A stretch of 63,010 nt of DNA, counting the filler, from Thraustochytrium aureum (Eukaryota): assembly GCA_012862495.1 (NCBI GenBank). It is 3 parts of 3 records of this genome, joined end to end, with 100 filler letters (N's around TTAATTAATTAA, not from the genome) between each part and the next. Parts side by side here need not be neighbours in the genome. Positions count along the whole stretch, not along the records: positions 24,574 to 50,684 come from BLSG01000018.1; 2 more parts are not named here. One strand, written 5' to 3'. The position numbers and the translations under genes were made by a program. Positions 33,140 through 43,605 of this stretch are shown here, in pieces. Numbering within the stretch: the first letter of the stretch is position 1; each line of letters opens with the position of its first letter. The notes under the pieces are model-generated. The model saw only the letters and a list, made by a program, of their open reading frames with translations. It made no database searches and was not told the origin of the DNA.

Positions 33140-33796
33140 CGACTCCGCCAGCGCTCCTGCTCCAGCTGCTCCTGCAAGGCAGTGAGTGAGTGAATCGATT
33201 CGAAAATTGGGCTGCGCCAACCGAAAGTCAGCGGTTCGAAACGCAAAAACCCTGGCTGCCGGGGCTGCGGAAAGCGCTCTTGCGACAGCGCTGCTGCTGC
33301 TCCTGCTCCTGCTGCTCCTGCTCCTGCTNNNNNNNNNNNNNNNNNNNNNNNNNNNNNNNNNNNNNNNNNNNNNNNNNNNNNNNNNNNNNNNNNNNNNNNN
33401 NNNNNNNNNNNNNNNNNNNNNNNNNNNNNNNNNNNNNNNNNNNNNNNNNNNNNNNNNNNNNNNNNNNNNNNNNNNNNNNNNNNNNNNNNNNNNNNNNNNN
33501 NNNNNNNNNNNNNNNNNNNNNNNNNNNNNNNNNNNNNNNNNNNNNNNNNNNNNNNNNNNNNNNNNNNNNNNNNNNNNNNNNNNNNNNNNNNNNNNNNNNN
33601 NNNNNNNNNNNNNNNNNNNNNNNNNNNNNNNNNNNNNNNNNNNNNNNNNNNNNNNNNNNNNNNNNNNNNNNNNNNNNNNNNNNNNNNNNNNNNNNNNNNN
33701 NNNNNNNNNNNNNNNNNNNGTGGGACGCCTGCCTGGCTTTGGTCTTCGGCCCCTGGTCTTTGCTGCTGGCTGTCACGGACGCGGCGCGGAATTTCG

Positions 33797-34645
33797 GTGC
33801 AGGCGCTCGCTCTCGTGTTTGGCAAGAACCACCACCGTGACGTGCCCATGTCGTGCATGATCGGATGCGCTTGTGCACTTCAGTGGTGCAAGGACGTACG
33901 GGCGAGCGGGCTTGTTCGTGATGGTCGAGTCTTTGCCGTCTCAGAGGCGGACGGCGCGAGGTTCTGGCAAATCGTTGGCTGCTTGTGTGGAGGACGGGCC
34001 GACCCTGGCACGGGCAGCGAGCTGTTGTTTCTGCTGTGGCATCTCAGGCCAAGCTCATTCGCGTGGGACGAGACGACGGAACCGCAAGACACGAATGAGA
34101 GGCCAGGCTGGACCCTTGTGGATTTGTTGGTCGACAAGGAAATGCACCAGCCGCCGCCGGATGAAGCAGTTCCGTCGCGCTGGGACGGAACCGCTTGGGT
34201 GCGAAAGCCGACGCCACATGAGCGCGCCGCAAGCCGCAGATCGCTAGAGCTCGCGACCCACGCGGCCACTGAGCCGTTGCGCCCGCTTTCAGATTACCCT
34301 CAGGCGCTGCGACGTGCACCAAAACCGCTGCTGTGCCCTTTGCAACTAGCGCTACATCTCGTGCAGTCGGGCGATGCCACGGCCTGCAAAGCCGCGCTGG
34401 TCGCGATGGCGAGCGAGCTCAAAGGCGCCAAGCTTGAGATCGGCCGCCTAGAAACCTGCCGCGACGCCAATCTGACCATGTACCTGGCTGAAGTGTGCGC
34501 ACGACTCAAGGTCGCTCAGACGTGCGCAAACCTGAAACGCAAGGCGCGGGAGGACGCGCAGCTCATCGAAAGGTTGAGCAAACGTGCTAACGCCCGTCAA
34601 GAACCCATAGAGCTCCTTGACGCAGCCCCGGAGGCAAGACAGTAG
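33797..34645 (+). CDS. Hypothetical protein, divergent from POLE
   Basis: 282-codon ORF with protein-like composition and a helical C-terminus; no family recognised; start may lie in the upstream gap. Confidence 0.45.
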   Translation: MQALALVFGKNHHRDVPMSCMIGCACALQWCKDVRASGLVRDGRVFAVSEADGARFWQIVGCLCGGRADPGTGSELLFLLWHLRPSSFAWDETTEPQDTNERPGWTLVDLLVDKEMHQPPPDEAVPSRWDGTAWVRKPTPHERAASRRSLELATHAATEPLRPLSDYPQALRRAPKPLLCPLQLALHLVQSGDATACKAALVAMASELKGAKLEIGRLETCRDANLTMYLAEVCARLKVAQTCANLKRKAREDAQLIERLSKRANARQEPIELLDAAPEARQ

Positions 34646-34867
34646 AGAACACGCTCGTGCCGTGCAGCGCTCGATGCGGCCTTGAGGGCGACGCAGGATG
34701 TAACATTGGCAGTCGGCAGAATCGAGAGCTGGCCTCTGCGCCGGATCCGTCCGCAGCGGAGCCCTGCGAGAAACAAAGAAGGAATTAATCTTTGAAAAAA
34801 GAGATCTAGAGCTCGCGCGCACGGCGAGCCTTGCGCAACGCTTGAGGCATGGTACCGCGCACACTGT

Positions 34868-37800
34868 CTACAGCGAGCCAAGGTCGTCTTGGTCGTCCTC
34901 TTCCTCGTCCTCCTCTTCGTCCAAGTTGACTACCGATGCACCAGCCTCGGCGTGGCCCACGTTCTCCTGATTGCGCAGCATAGCCTTCAGCTCCAGCTGG
35001 ACGTCCAGCAGCGTGCTCCGCACTTGCACGATCCTCTTGATCCGGTCAACGATCTCCTCGCGCGTCAAGCTGGCTGGCACTATATGCAGCGGAGGCCCGC
35101 CCGGCACCGCCAAGAGGTCTTGGCGCGGCTCTACCGGGGGCAGGGCAGGCCCGCCTGCCTGGTGCGACGTCGGGAACGTGGGGAGTTTGATGACAGACAG
35201 GCCGCATTCCCTGTCAAACCTCCACTGCTCACGGTCTATGACGAATGACTCTTGGGTGCAGCGCTTGAGCGCGTCGGGATTGGTTTTGATCTCCTCCGTG
35301 GAGCAGAGGTCGTCGTGGAACTGAAAATACATCAGACAGTCGACAAAGTCGGCCCCTGCGGGAGCCACCGCCCAGGTCTTGCCGTCCGCACTTGGCCGCA
35401 GGCTGACCTGAGCGAGAAGCCTGGCACTGAGCAAGTCCTTGCAGCCGATGCCGATGAAGACCAAGTCCTGGGAAAGCGGGTCCTTGCGCTGCTGGTCGGT
35501 AGAGTACGCGGAGGCCAGCGGGTCGTCGGGAACAGCTTCGCGCCTGCGCTCCGTGGCGGACGGCGACAAGCGCACGTAAAAGCCCATCAGCGGATACATG
35601 GAGCCCTTGCAGTCCTTCAAAGAGACGATCGCGTCGAGGTCGTCCCAGGCGTTTTGGAGGATCTTGTCGAACTTGTGCACGCCGCGAATGAGCTCGCTAA
35701 AGTCCGCGTCCCGAAGGATCGCGTGCCAGTCGAGGCCGTGCCGCTCTACCGCGGAGCACAAGGTTGCGTACTCGTGCGCCTCAAACTCGAGCGTCAACTT
35801 TCGCTCCGCCTGCGTCTTCTCCCGCAGCAATCTCTTCCGGGCAGCGCTGTGCTGCCGCTGGTCCTTTTCCCATCGCGAGTGGATTCGGATCACTTCGTTC
35901 TTGAGGCGGCGCAAGACGCCGCGCACCGCAGAGGTGACCTTTTTAGGGACCGTGTCAGCGGCTGCTGGGCCGTCGCCCTGCGCGGGGTCGGGGCCGCCGG
36001 CAGGTCCCTCTCGATTCTGCAACGGGGACTGCCGCTTCTTCCTGCCGTCCTTTCCCCAGGCGAACCCCATTTGCGTGAGCTTTTTGAATATGCAGCGCGC
36101 TTGCAAGCTGGTCGAGGTGTATCCCATCTGCTGGAGGGACTTGCAGTCCTCCGACCCCTTCGAAAGAATGTACTTGAGGTCCGCGCCATGCTTGACCACA
36201 GCGCGGGAAAGCGCACCCTTCTGCTTGATCACCCAGCTGCCCATCTCGAGCTTGGCGATAAGCGTGTCCAGAACAAGCCCGACATGAGCTTCGGGAGCGC
36301 GGAAATCAGCACCGGGGTTTTCGCGCCTCTCGCGTCGCTCCATTGCGGCATAGGCGGGTTCGAGCGAGAAGGAACTTGGGTCTCGGGCTGCGTCAGCGAG
36401 GACAAACCCTGCTGGCCGAACGAAGGCGCGGGCGAACGCCTCTTGTTCCGCGCGTTGAGCCGGCGTTGGATCTGGAATGAGGAGCAAGTCGGGCATCAGG
36501 GGGCGCACCTGGGAATGCCACTTGTGGCGCTGGTCGTCTTTGCGCAGAAAGGCTCGCAGCTTGTTGGCCTGGGCGTCCTCTGCCTTCATGTGCGTGCGGT
36601 TTGCGTGCTCAAAGCGACGCAAGAGCGACTTGGTCTGCGACAGCTTGAAGCCCTTCGCGGCCTGCGCGATGCGGCTTTCTGCGGCTTGCAGAGCTCGCAC
36701 CTCTTTTCGGCGTTCGACCTTGGATCGTTGAAGCGCATAACGGTAGCCATTCTGGTACAGGCTCTCGGGCATTGCCTCGCAAATCGACTGCACGCGGCCT
36801 GTGCTCTCTACGAGGCCAAACATTACCGCTCCAACCAGAAAGGCCTGGGCCAGCTGCGAGTGCGACGCGGCGAGGCGCCGCTTGGGGTCGCCCAAAAGCT
36901 GCTCCTGCAAGTCTTGCAGGGCTGCGCTCGCTTCATTGCATGGCAACGCAGCTGCGCGCAGGCGCTGCACGACAATCGAGAGTGGGCGCTCGTCGGCGCG
37001 CATCGCGGCGCCCAGCGCGTGGAGGCTGCCACCCGTTGGCGTCCAACGCAGAGCCCCGNTAAACCGGAGCCGAGGACAGCGTCCCCGACCTGCACGCGCC
37101 TTCCCGGCTGGCCGAGTTCGCCATGCTTTAGTCCACTCACCGAGACACGGGGCGTGCCCAGAGCATCGCCGCGGCCAAACGCGAAGGATGCCTCACTGGT
37201 GGCCGACTGCGAGGCGGGGTAGCGCCCCCACGCCAGCGAATCCAGTCGGGGTCGACGAGCTGGACACTGCGCCACCAGTGGGCTTTGCCTTGGCCGAAAT
37301 TGGTCCTGACGGATACACGCGGTCGACCGCAAGCATGACGCCCAAGGCACCCTGCTTGTCGAAGACAAGCTCAACGGTGTCGAGGCTTGGGTCGTATTCG
37401 GGGCAGCTCCTAGCGAAAGCCAAAATCATGGGCACTTCTTCCTCCCCGTCAGAGCGCGCGGCGCCCTTCTTGGCTTGGCCCTTGGCCCCGTTTGAAACGC
37501 CGGCGCTAGGCGCTAGGAGAGAAATTGATGGCGGTAAGGGGAGCGCATCGCTTTGGCCGTTCCCAGCAGAAACGTCGTTGTCAGACTTGCTCGCTGCCGC
37601 CTTGGGGACTTTGGGCGGTCGCTGGCGCCCCGTTGCGGCTTCCGAGAGCGAAATGGAGCTCCGGAAAGCGCCGAGCACTACCTCCGTTCGCTCATAGACC
37701 CTCGAGACGACGGCAGCCCAGGCCGCGTCGGGCGTGCTCGCCCGTGCGACCTCTTCATCGCCGGCCCGGATCACAAACGTGGGCCCGGTCTTAATAGACA

Positions 37801-40753
37801 TCGAATACTTGCACTGGATCGGGTTTGGGTCTGGCAACTCGGGGCCCGAATCCATGTCCGGGTGCTTGAAAACCCGACGGGAACCAGGGCTCCATGCATG
37901 ACGTACCCCTCTTCGCGGGGAAGCACACCGATACCCGTCACTACAATGCTTGAAGTGGGACCCCGCAAGGGCTCTTTCAACACAAGCGAGGCGCTGGATA
38001 TGGGCCCTGGGGCACGCGACCCCCTTGGCGAGTCGACAAAGTCATCGTCATTCTCGGACGAGTCTGCCGAAGCATCTTCGCGCACGGTCTCCAGGCCGTC
38101 TGAACGCACACGTTTGGAATGGGCCCCGCCCGCTTGCCCGCCCGACTTGCGCTTCGTGCCACGCTGTCCAAGGTCGCTCAGGTCGGCTTCCTCGGCCATC
38201 CGCTCTGCCTCGCGCTCATAGACGTCATGCGGAGGCGGGTTTTGGACGAGCCCCGAGGCAACTTCAACGGCAGCCTCGTAGGCCGTTTTGCGGGCCACGA
38301 GGCCCAACGATTTGATGACCTCTGCCTCGCGGCGGTATCTGAAGCCAAGCTCGTCAAAAAAGCTCGCGCTTGTCTTCGCTCCGCGTGCGTTCGGCACTGT
38401 CGACACGGTCAGGGTCCATCCAGCGAGCATGTCGCCGTTGCCGCCTTGCTCCTCGATCCGCTTGGTCATTGGCTGGACATGCGCTGCGGCGAGGTCCATC
38501 GGCGCGAGTCGGATCGGCCCGCTGTAGATCACTACTTCGCCAGGGCGCAGCTTCTCTGCTGTCGGGGCGCTCTTGCTCAGGTCGGCCGTGTGCTTGTTTC
38601 GCTTCCGAATGCCGCCCCGTTGCCCACTGGCGGCACTCCTGCGGCCGGAACTCGAAACGCTCTTGTCGTCCCTTCGAGACACTGATCTAGCGCTTCCGCT
38701 CCGCGAGCTTGAAGAGTCCGAGTCGGACATCGAGGAAGAGGAGCTCGAGACGTCTGAAGAGCTCGAGGAGCCTGGATCCGAGTCTTCTGCCTCCGCTGAA
38801 CTGTCCTCGGAGCGGCTAATGGCACCGCTGTGGTCCCCCGAGTCGCCGTCGAGCTCAGAGGGGCCGCTTGGGACAGATGTGGCGCGACCGCGCTTTGCCG
38901 GCTGCGTCCTCGCGGCTGCCTTCGCATGCTGCAGTGAAGCAGCGGTTCCAGCTATCGCTCCAGAGCGCGGAGCGGCCAACTTGGAGGCCGCTGGGGCAAT
39001 GGCGCCGGAGGTTCGGAGCGCAGCAACCCTGTACTCGTGCGAGCCCGGGTCCATACGGCTAAGCGTAGATTGAATGAGTCCGCCGCGAGGTCGCGGTACA
39101 TGAACGTTTGGCTGTCCTTGGCCGAGTGCGTGCTGGGTGAACCCGGGCAAGTTCGAGGCGTTTTGCAACATTGCTTTGTAGAGTGCGACCGAGCCCTCTG
39201 AGGCGAGCATTTGAAGCCCGGCAGCGCCCTGCAGAGCCTGGATGCTCGCTAGAATCGCTGCATCTGACTGATCGTGCGACAAAGTGGGATATCCGAGCGG
39301 GTACTGGAGCGGGAGTTGAAGCTGCTGCTGCAGTTGAAGCTGCCGCAGCAACAGCTGTTGTTGCTGCTCCTGCTGATGGTCGTGGTGCTGGAGGTGCAAA
39401 TGGTGCTGCTGCGTCTGCTGATTCTGCTGCGTCTGCTGATTCTGCTGCGTCTGCTGATTCTGCTGCGTCTTTTGCTGCGTCTGCGGCTTCTTTTGCTGGT
39501 CCCGCTCTTGTTTTGGGTCCTGGCGCCCTTTGGCGTCTGGTTTCGCGCCTGCTCTCTTCAACGGGTTGAGAGGGCATTCTTTGGAGCTCACTCGGCGGTG
39601 CGTCGTCGATCCGCACTTGCAAGGCTTTTCCTTGCCCCGCGTCGTTGTCTTGCCTTTCTGCTTTTGGGCGCTTTGGCTCCCCGGGGGTGCCGGCGCGCGA
39701 TCGATTCTTGCTTCGCCTCCAGTTTCGCCCAGTTGGGAGTCACTGCTTTCGCTCTGCACCCGAGTGCGAGGCGCGGCAGCCGCTGCATTGGCTTGAGCGG
39801 GGGTGCTTTCGGTAGCACTTTCGTCTTGGCTCTCCGAGCTATCGTCTTCGACGGCGGAATCCCGATGGTCTCCCTTGTCGTCGGCACTTTCGTCGAATTC
39901 ACTCGCATAGAGCTCTGTTATACTGAGTGGTTGGCTCCGCGGCGGGCGGTGAACGGCCTCGGCCTGGGCTTTGCTCACCTGCTGGCTGCGCCGGCGGCGA
40001 GTAGGTGGGGCGCTAGCAGCTTCACTCGAGGCGCTCCGTCGGCTCCTCAATTGTCGGCCAGGAGGGGTTGTTGGAACTTTGGTTCCGGTGCTGCGTCTGC
40101 GCAAAATTCGGCTTGGGGCTGCGGCGGCGCTGACCGGTTTTCGGTCCTGGGCCTCTGAATCCTCGTCGCTGCTCTCGGACTCGCCATCGCTTGTCTTTGC
40201 GTCGTCGCTGGACTGCTCCTCCCGGAGCGCGCCCGCCGACGAGTCTTGCGACGAGGAGCGCGTGCGGCGGCGCCCAGCGATCGAGCTGGCCGAGCTACTT
40301 GAAGACGATCGGAGCCGAGGCGCTTGCGCGGCCTTTGCCGCGGCATTGCTCCGCGACCTTGTCGTGGCCGGCGCCGACGTGTGGTACACCTTCGGGAACT
40401 CCGCCCGCTGCCTTTTGCGCAGGACTGTTTCACTGGCCGGAGCCGGGTCATCGCTCTCGCTGCTGCTCGAGTCCGAGCTTGAGGATTTCGTTTTCCTGCG
40501 CACACGCCGCTCTAGTTCGGCCTCGTACTTTTCGCGAGCTATCTTCAGATCTTGCAGGGTGTCGAACCTGTCGCGCTTCATACTGGGATCAAAGTTGCCC
40601 ATCAATGGCAGCACATCACCAATGTCGCAATCCCGGGGCTCCTTGTTGCTCAGTCGAATCACTCTCACGGTGCTCGCATTGTGCTTGAGCGCAGCCACTT
40701 CGAACGTTCCAAACAGTTTCTTCTTTGCCCAGCCTGGCGAGACATATCGTCCC
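34868..40753 (-). CDS. Large chromatin-associated protein: zinc knuckle, poly-Q, MBD-like, FYRN, FYRC split by a PDZ-like insert, SANT/Myb-like; frameshifted; N-terminus in gap
   Basis: Joins ORFs 37771..41361, 37193..37855, 36823..37374 and 34868..37003. CKCGSTTHRRVSSKECPLN; LAGWTL...FFDELGFRYRREAEVIKSLGL; IVVTGIG...LVPVGFSSTRTW; GPTFVI...STPDAAW; MFGL...VQSICEAMP...YRY; FEAHEYATLCSAVERHGLDWHAILRDADF. Confidence 0.65.
39406..39481 (-). repeat. 18-bp coding tandem repeat (QQNQQT units) within a poly-Q tract
   Basis: ctgctgcgtctgctgatt repeated about 3-4 times on the + strand. Confidence 0.85.
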
Positions 40754-41712
40754 NNNNNNNNNNNNNNNNNNNNNNNNNNNNNNNNNNNNNNNNNNNNNNN
40801 NNNNNNNNNNNNNNNNNNNNNNNNNNNNNNNNNNNNNNNNNNNNNNNNNNNNNNNNNNNNNNNNNNNNNNNNNNNNNNNNNNNNNNNNNNNNNNNNNNNN
40901 NNNNNNNNNNNNNNNNNNNNNNNNNNNNNNNNNNNNNNNNNNNNNNNNNNNNNNNNNNNNNNNNNNNNNNNNNNNNNNNNNNNNNNNNNNNNNNNNNNNN
41001 NNNNNNNNNNNNNNNNNNNNNNNNNNNNNNNNNNNNNNNNNNNNNNNNNNNNNNNNNNNNNNNNNNNNNNNNNNNNNNNNNNNNNNNNNNNNNNNNNNNN
41101 GTTGGAGGGAGGAGGGATGGAGAGTTGGAGGGATGGATGCGCGATGCTCGCGCGCAGTTGGCCCGATTCTGCCGACTCGCGACGCGCTGGCCGCCGGATG
41201 CCAGTCGCGCAGCGCCCGACGCGGCGCAGGCTGGACGTCGCGGACGCCCGTGGGGAGGACGGTGCGACGGCGGGCGCTCCTGGTCTGTTGGTGCGCGGTC
41301 CGCGGGCCGCGGGACAGAGCCTGTCGCACGGCGCGACGCGACCCGATCTAGACGCCACCAATCGCGCAGCGTGAAGCCGGCCGACCTTGCCGGGCGCGCG
41401 TGGGCGCAGGAGGATTGGGCGGCGGGACGGCGGGCTCTACTGGTCTGTTTGTGGCCGCGTCGAAGAGGACGACAACGCGCGGCGAGTCCAGTTAAAGGAA
41501 AACCAAGCGCGCTGACCGCGACGCAGCCCTTCCTGGCCGTCGTGGACGCCCCCAATCGCGCAGCGCAAAGCCGACTCTCCCTGGCCCTCGTGGGCGCCCC
41601 GGCTCGGACGACGTGACGGCCGGCGTTGGCTGCCAGCCCGAGGGCATCCAAGCGAGCTGCGCGCGTGGACGCGAAAGTCCCTTGGCTTGACGCGCGCACG
41701 CTTGCGGAGGCG

Positions 41713-42758
41713 ATGGAGACGGCGAGCGAGGCAAGGCTTGGCGTCGGGGAGCGCGTTCGAGTGCAAGTAGAGGCTGGGCAGCGGCGCCAGTGGCGTAGAG
41801 GGATTGTGGCGCTCGTGCGGGGCGACGGGGAAAACGATGAAGATGTCGTCGAAGTGGTGCTGGACGGCGACGACGAGCGGCTCGCGGCCCCGGCGAAGGA
41901 CACCGCAGAAGGCGGAGAGGTGGAGGAGGTAGCCGTGGAGATGCAGCGCGTAAGACGTCTGGAGCAGTTTGAGGATGGGAGAAGCGGGGCGAACGGCTTG
42001 GGCAACCTGGCGGACGGCGGAGCAAAGGAGCGGGCAGAGCAGCTCGCGAGGCTCGGCGACTTTCGCGCTGCACGGCAAATGCTGATTCCAGAGGCGCGCA
42101 GGCTCACAAAAGGCATGGCCAGCGTTGGCGCAACAGTGGTCTGCTACGACGGCACCTTCGAGGAGAGCGGTGCACAGACGGAGTGCCTGGTTGGGACCGT
42201 GGACATGGTGGACGATGCCACTGGCGAGCTCGAGGTTGCCAGCGATCGGCGCGGCGAGGTTTTGGTCAAGGCGGAGGGCGCGGTTGCCGTGCCTGGTAGC
42301 GGCGCGCCCGCCGTGGCGTTCGTCCTCGTGCTGCTTAGCATGACCAAGTACGCAATGCAGGCAGTGCCGCCGCTCGTTTCGTGCGCCCTTGAGAGCGCCA
42401 GCGTCGCGCTTTGCGTGGCAGAGTGCCTTTTGTCGGAGGCGCAGGAGCAGATCGACGCGACTGCGATGCCGGAAGGGTGGCGGGCCGGGTTGCTTGCTGC
42501 CAAGTTTGACCTGCACATGCTCAAGACGCGCGCGCACGTCCTGCAGCACAAGTACCGCGCCGCGGCTGTTGACGTGCGAGCGGCCGTCCTGCTGCGCCCC
42601 GCGGACGCCCGAGCGCGGCAGATGGTCAAGGTCATCAAGCAGCGCTCTGTTCTGCAAACCAGCAGAACAAGGCGCTCGTGAAGAACGTCTCCAAGTGGCT
42701 CGACCAGGCGATGCGCGAGGCGGATTCTGCCAGCGGGTCCGCAGACAACAACTGCTAG
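41713..42758 (+). CDS. Hypothetical protein with Tudor/SH3-like barrel(s) and TPR-like helices; probable frameshift near 42650
   Basis: LGVGERVRV...WRRGIVALV...VEVVLD; TPR-like TRAHVLQHKYRAAAVDVRAAVLLRPADARA; alternative frame gives a helical end NQQNKALVKNVSKWLDQAM to TAG 42758. Confidence 0.55.
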
Positions 42759-43605
42759 CCATTGGCCACGCACCACCCGTGCCAGTGGTCTCCCTCCTTC
42801 GCTCCCCCGCTCCCTTGCTCCCTCGCAACGCGCGCTCTGACATGGTGCTCGAAAAACCGTGTGCAAAGCGCGGGGCCCACAGCAAGTACCGTGCGAATCA
42901 TCGGCGAATTATCAAAATCCAAAGATTTACGTCATTTCATAATTGTTTATATTTTGCCGAAACGCCGAAGTTTGTCTCTGAGCGCGAGTCAATCAATCTT
43001 GAATGAGCACCGCTGACAAGTGGCTCGGCTTGTGAGAGGGGGGGCTGGCCCCCTCACCCCTTGCGAGAAATCCCCCCAAAAANNNNNNNNNNNNNNNNNN
43101 NNNNNNNNNNNNNNNNNNNNNNNNNNNNNNNNNNNNNNNNNNNNNNNNNNNNNNNNNNNNNNNNNNNNNNNNNNNNNNNNNNNNNNNNNNNNNNNNNNNN
43201 NNNNNNNNNNNNNNNNNNNNNNNNNNNNNNNNNNNNNNNNNNNNNNNNNNNNNNNNNNNNNNNNNNNNNNNNNNNNNNNNNNNNNNNNNNNNNNNNNNNN
43301 NNNNNNNNNNNNNNNNNNNNNNNNNNNNNNNNNNNNNNNNNNNNNNNNNNNNNNNNNNNNNNNNNNNNNNNNNNNNNNNNNNNNNNNNNNNNNNNNNNNN
43401 NNNNNNNNNNNNNNNNNNNNNNNNNNNNNNNNNNNNNNNNNNNNNNNNNNNNNNNNNNNNNNNNNNNNNNNNNNNNNNNNNNNNNNNNNNNNNNNNNNNN
43501 NNNNNNNNNNNNNNNNNNNNNNNNNNNNNNNNNNNNNNNNNNNNNNNNNNNNNNNGCGGCGCTTGACGGATAGGGCTTGCTTGAGGCGCCAGGAAGTGCG
43601 GCAAG

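Noticed and set aside
33225..33250. GGTTCGAA as a tRNA T-loop/B-box
   Set aside because: No complete T-stem or cloverleaf can be folded by eye.
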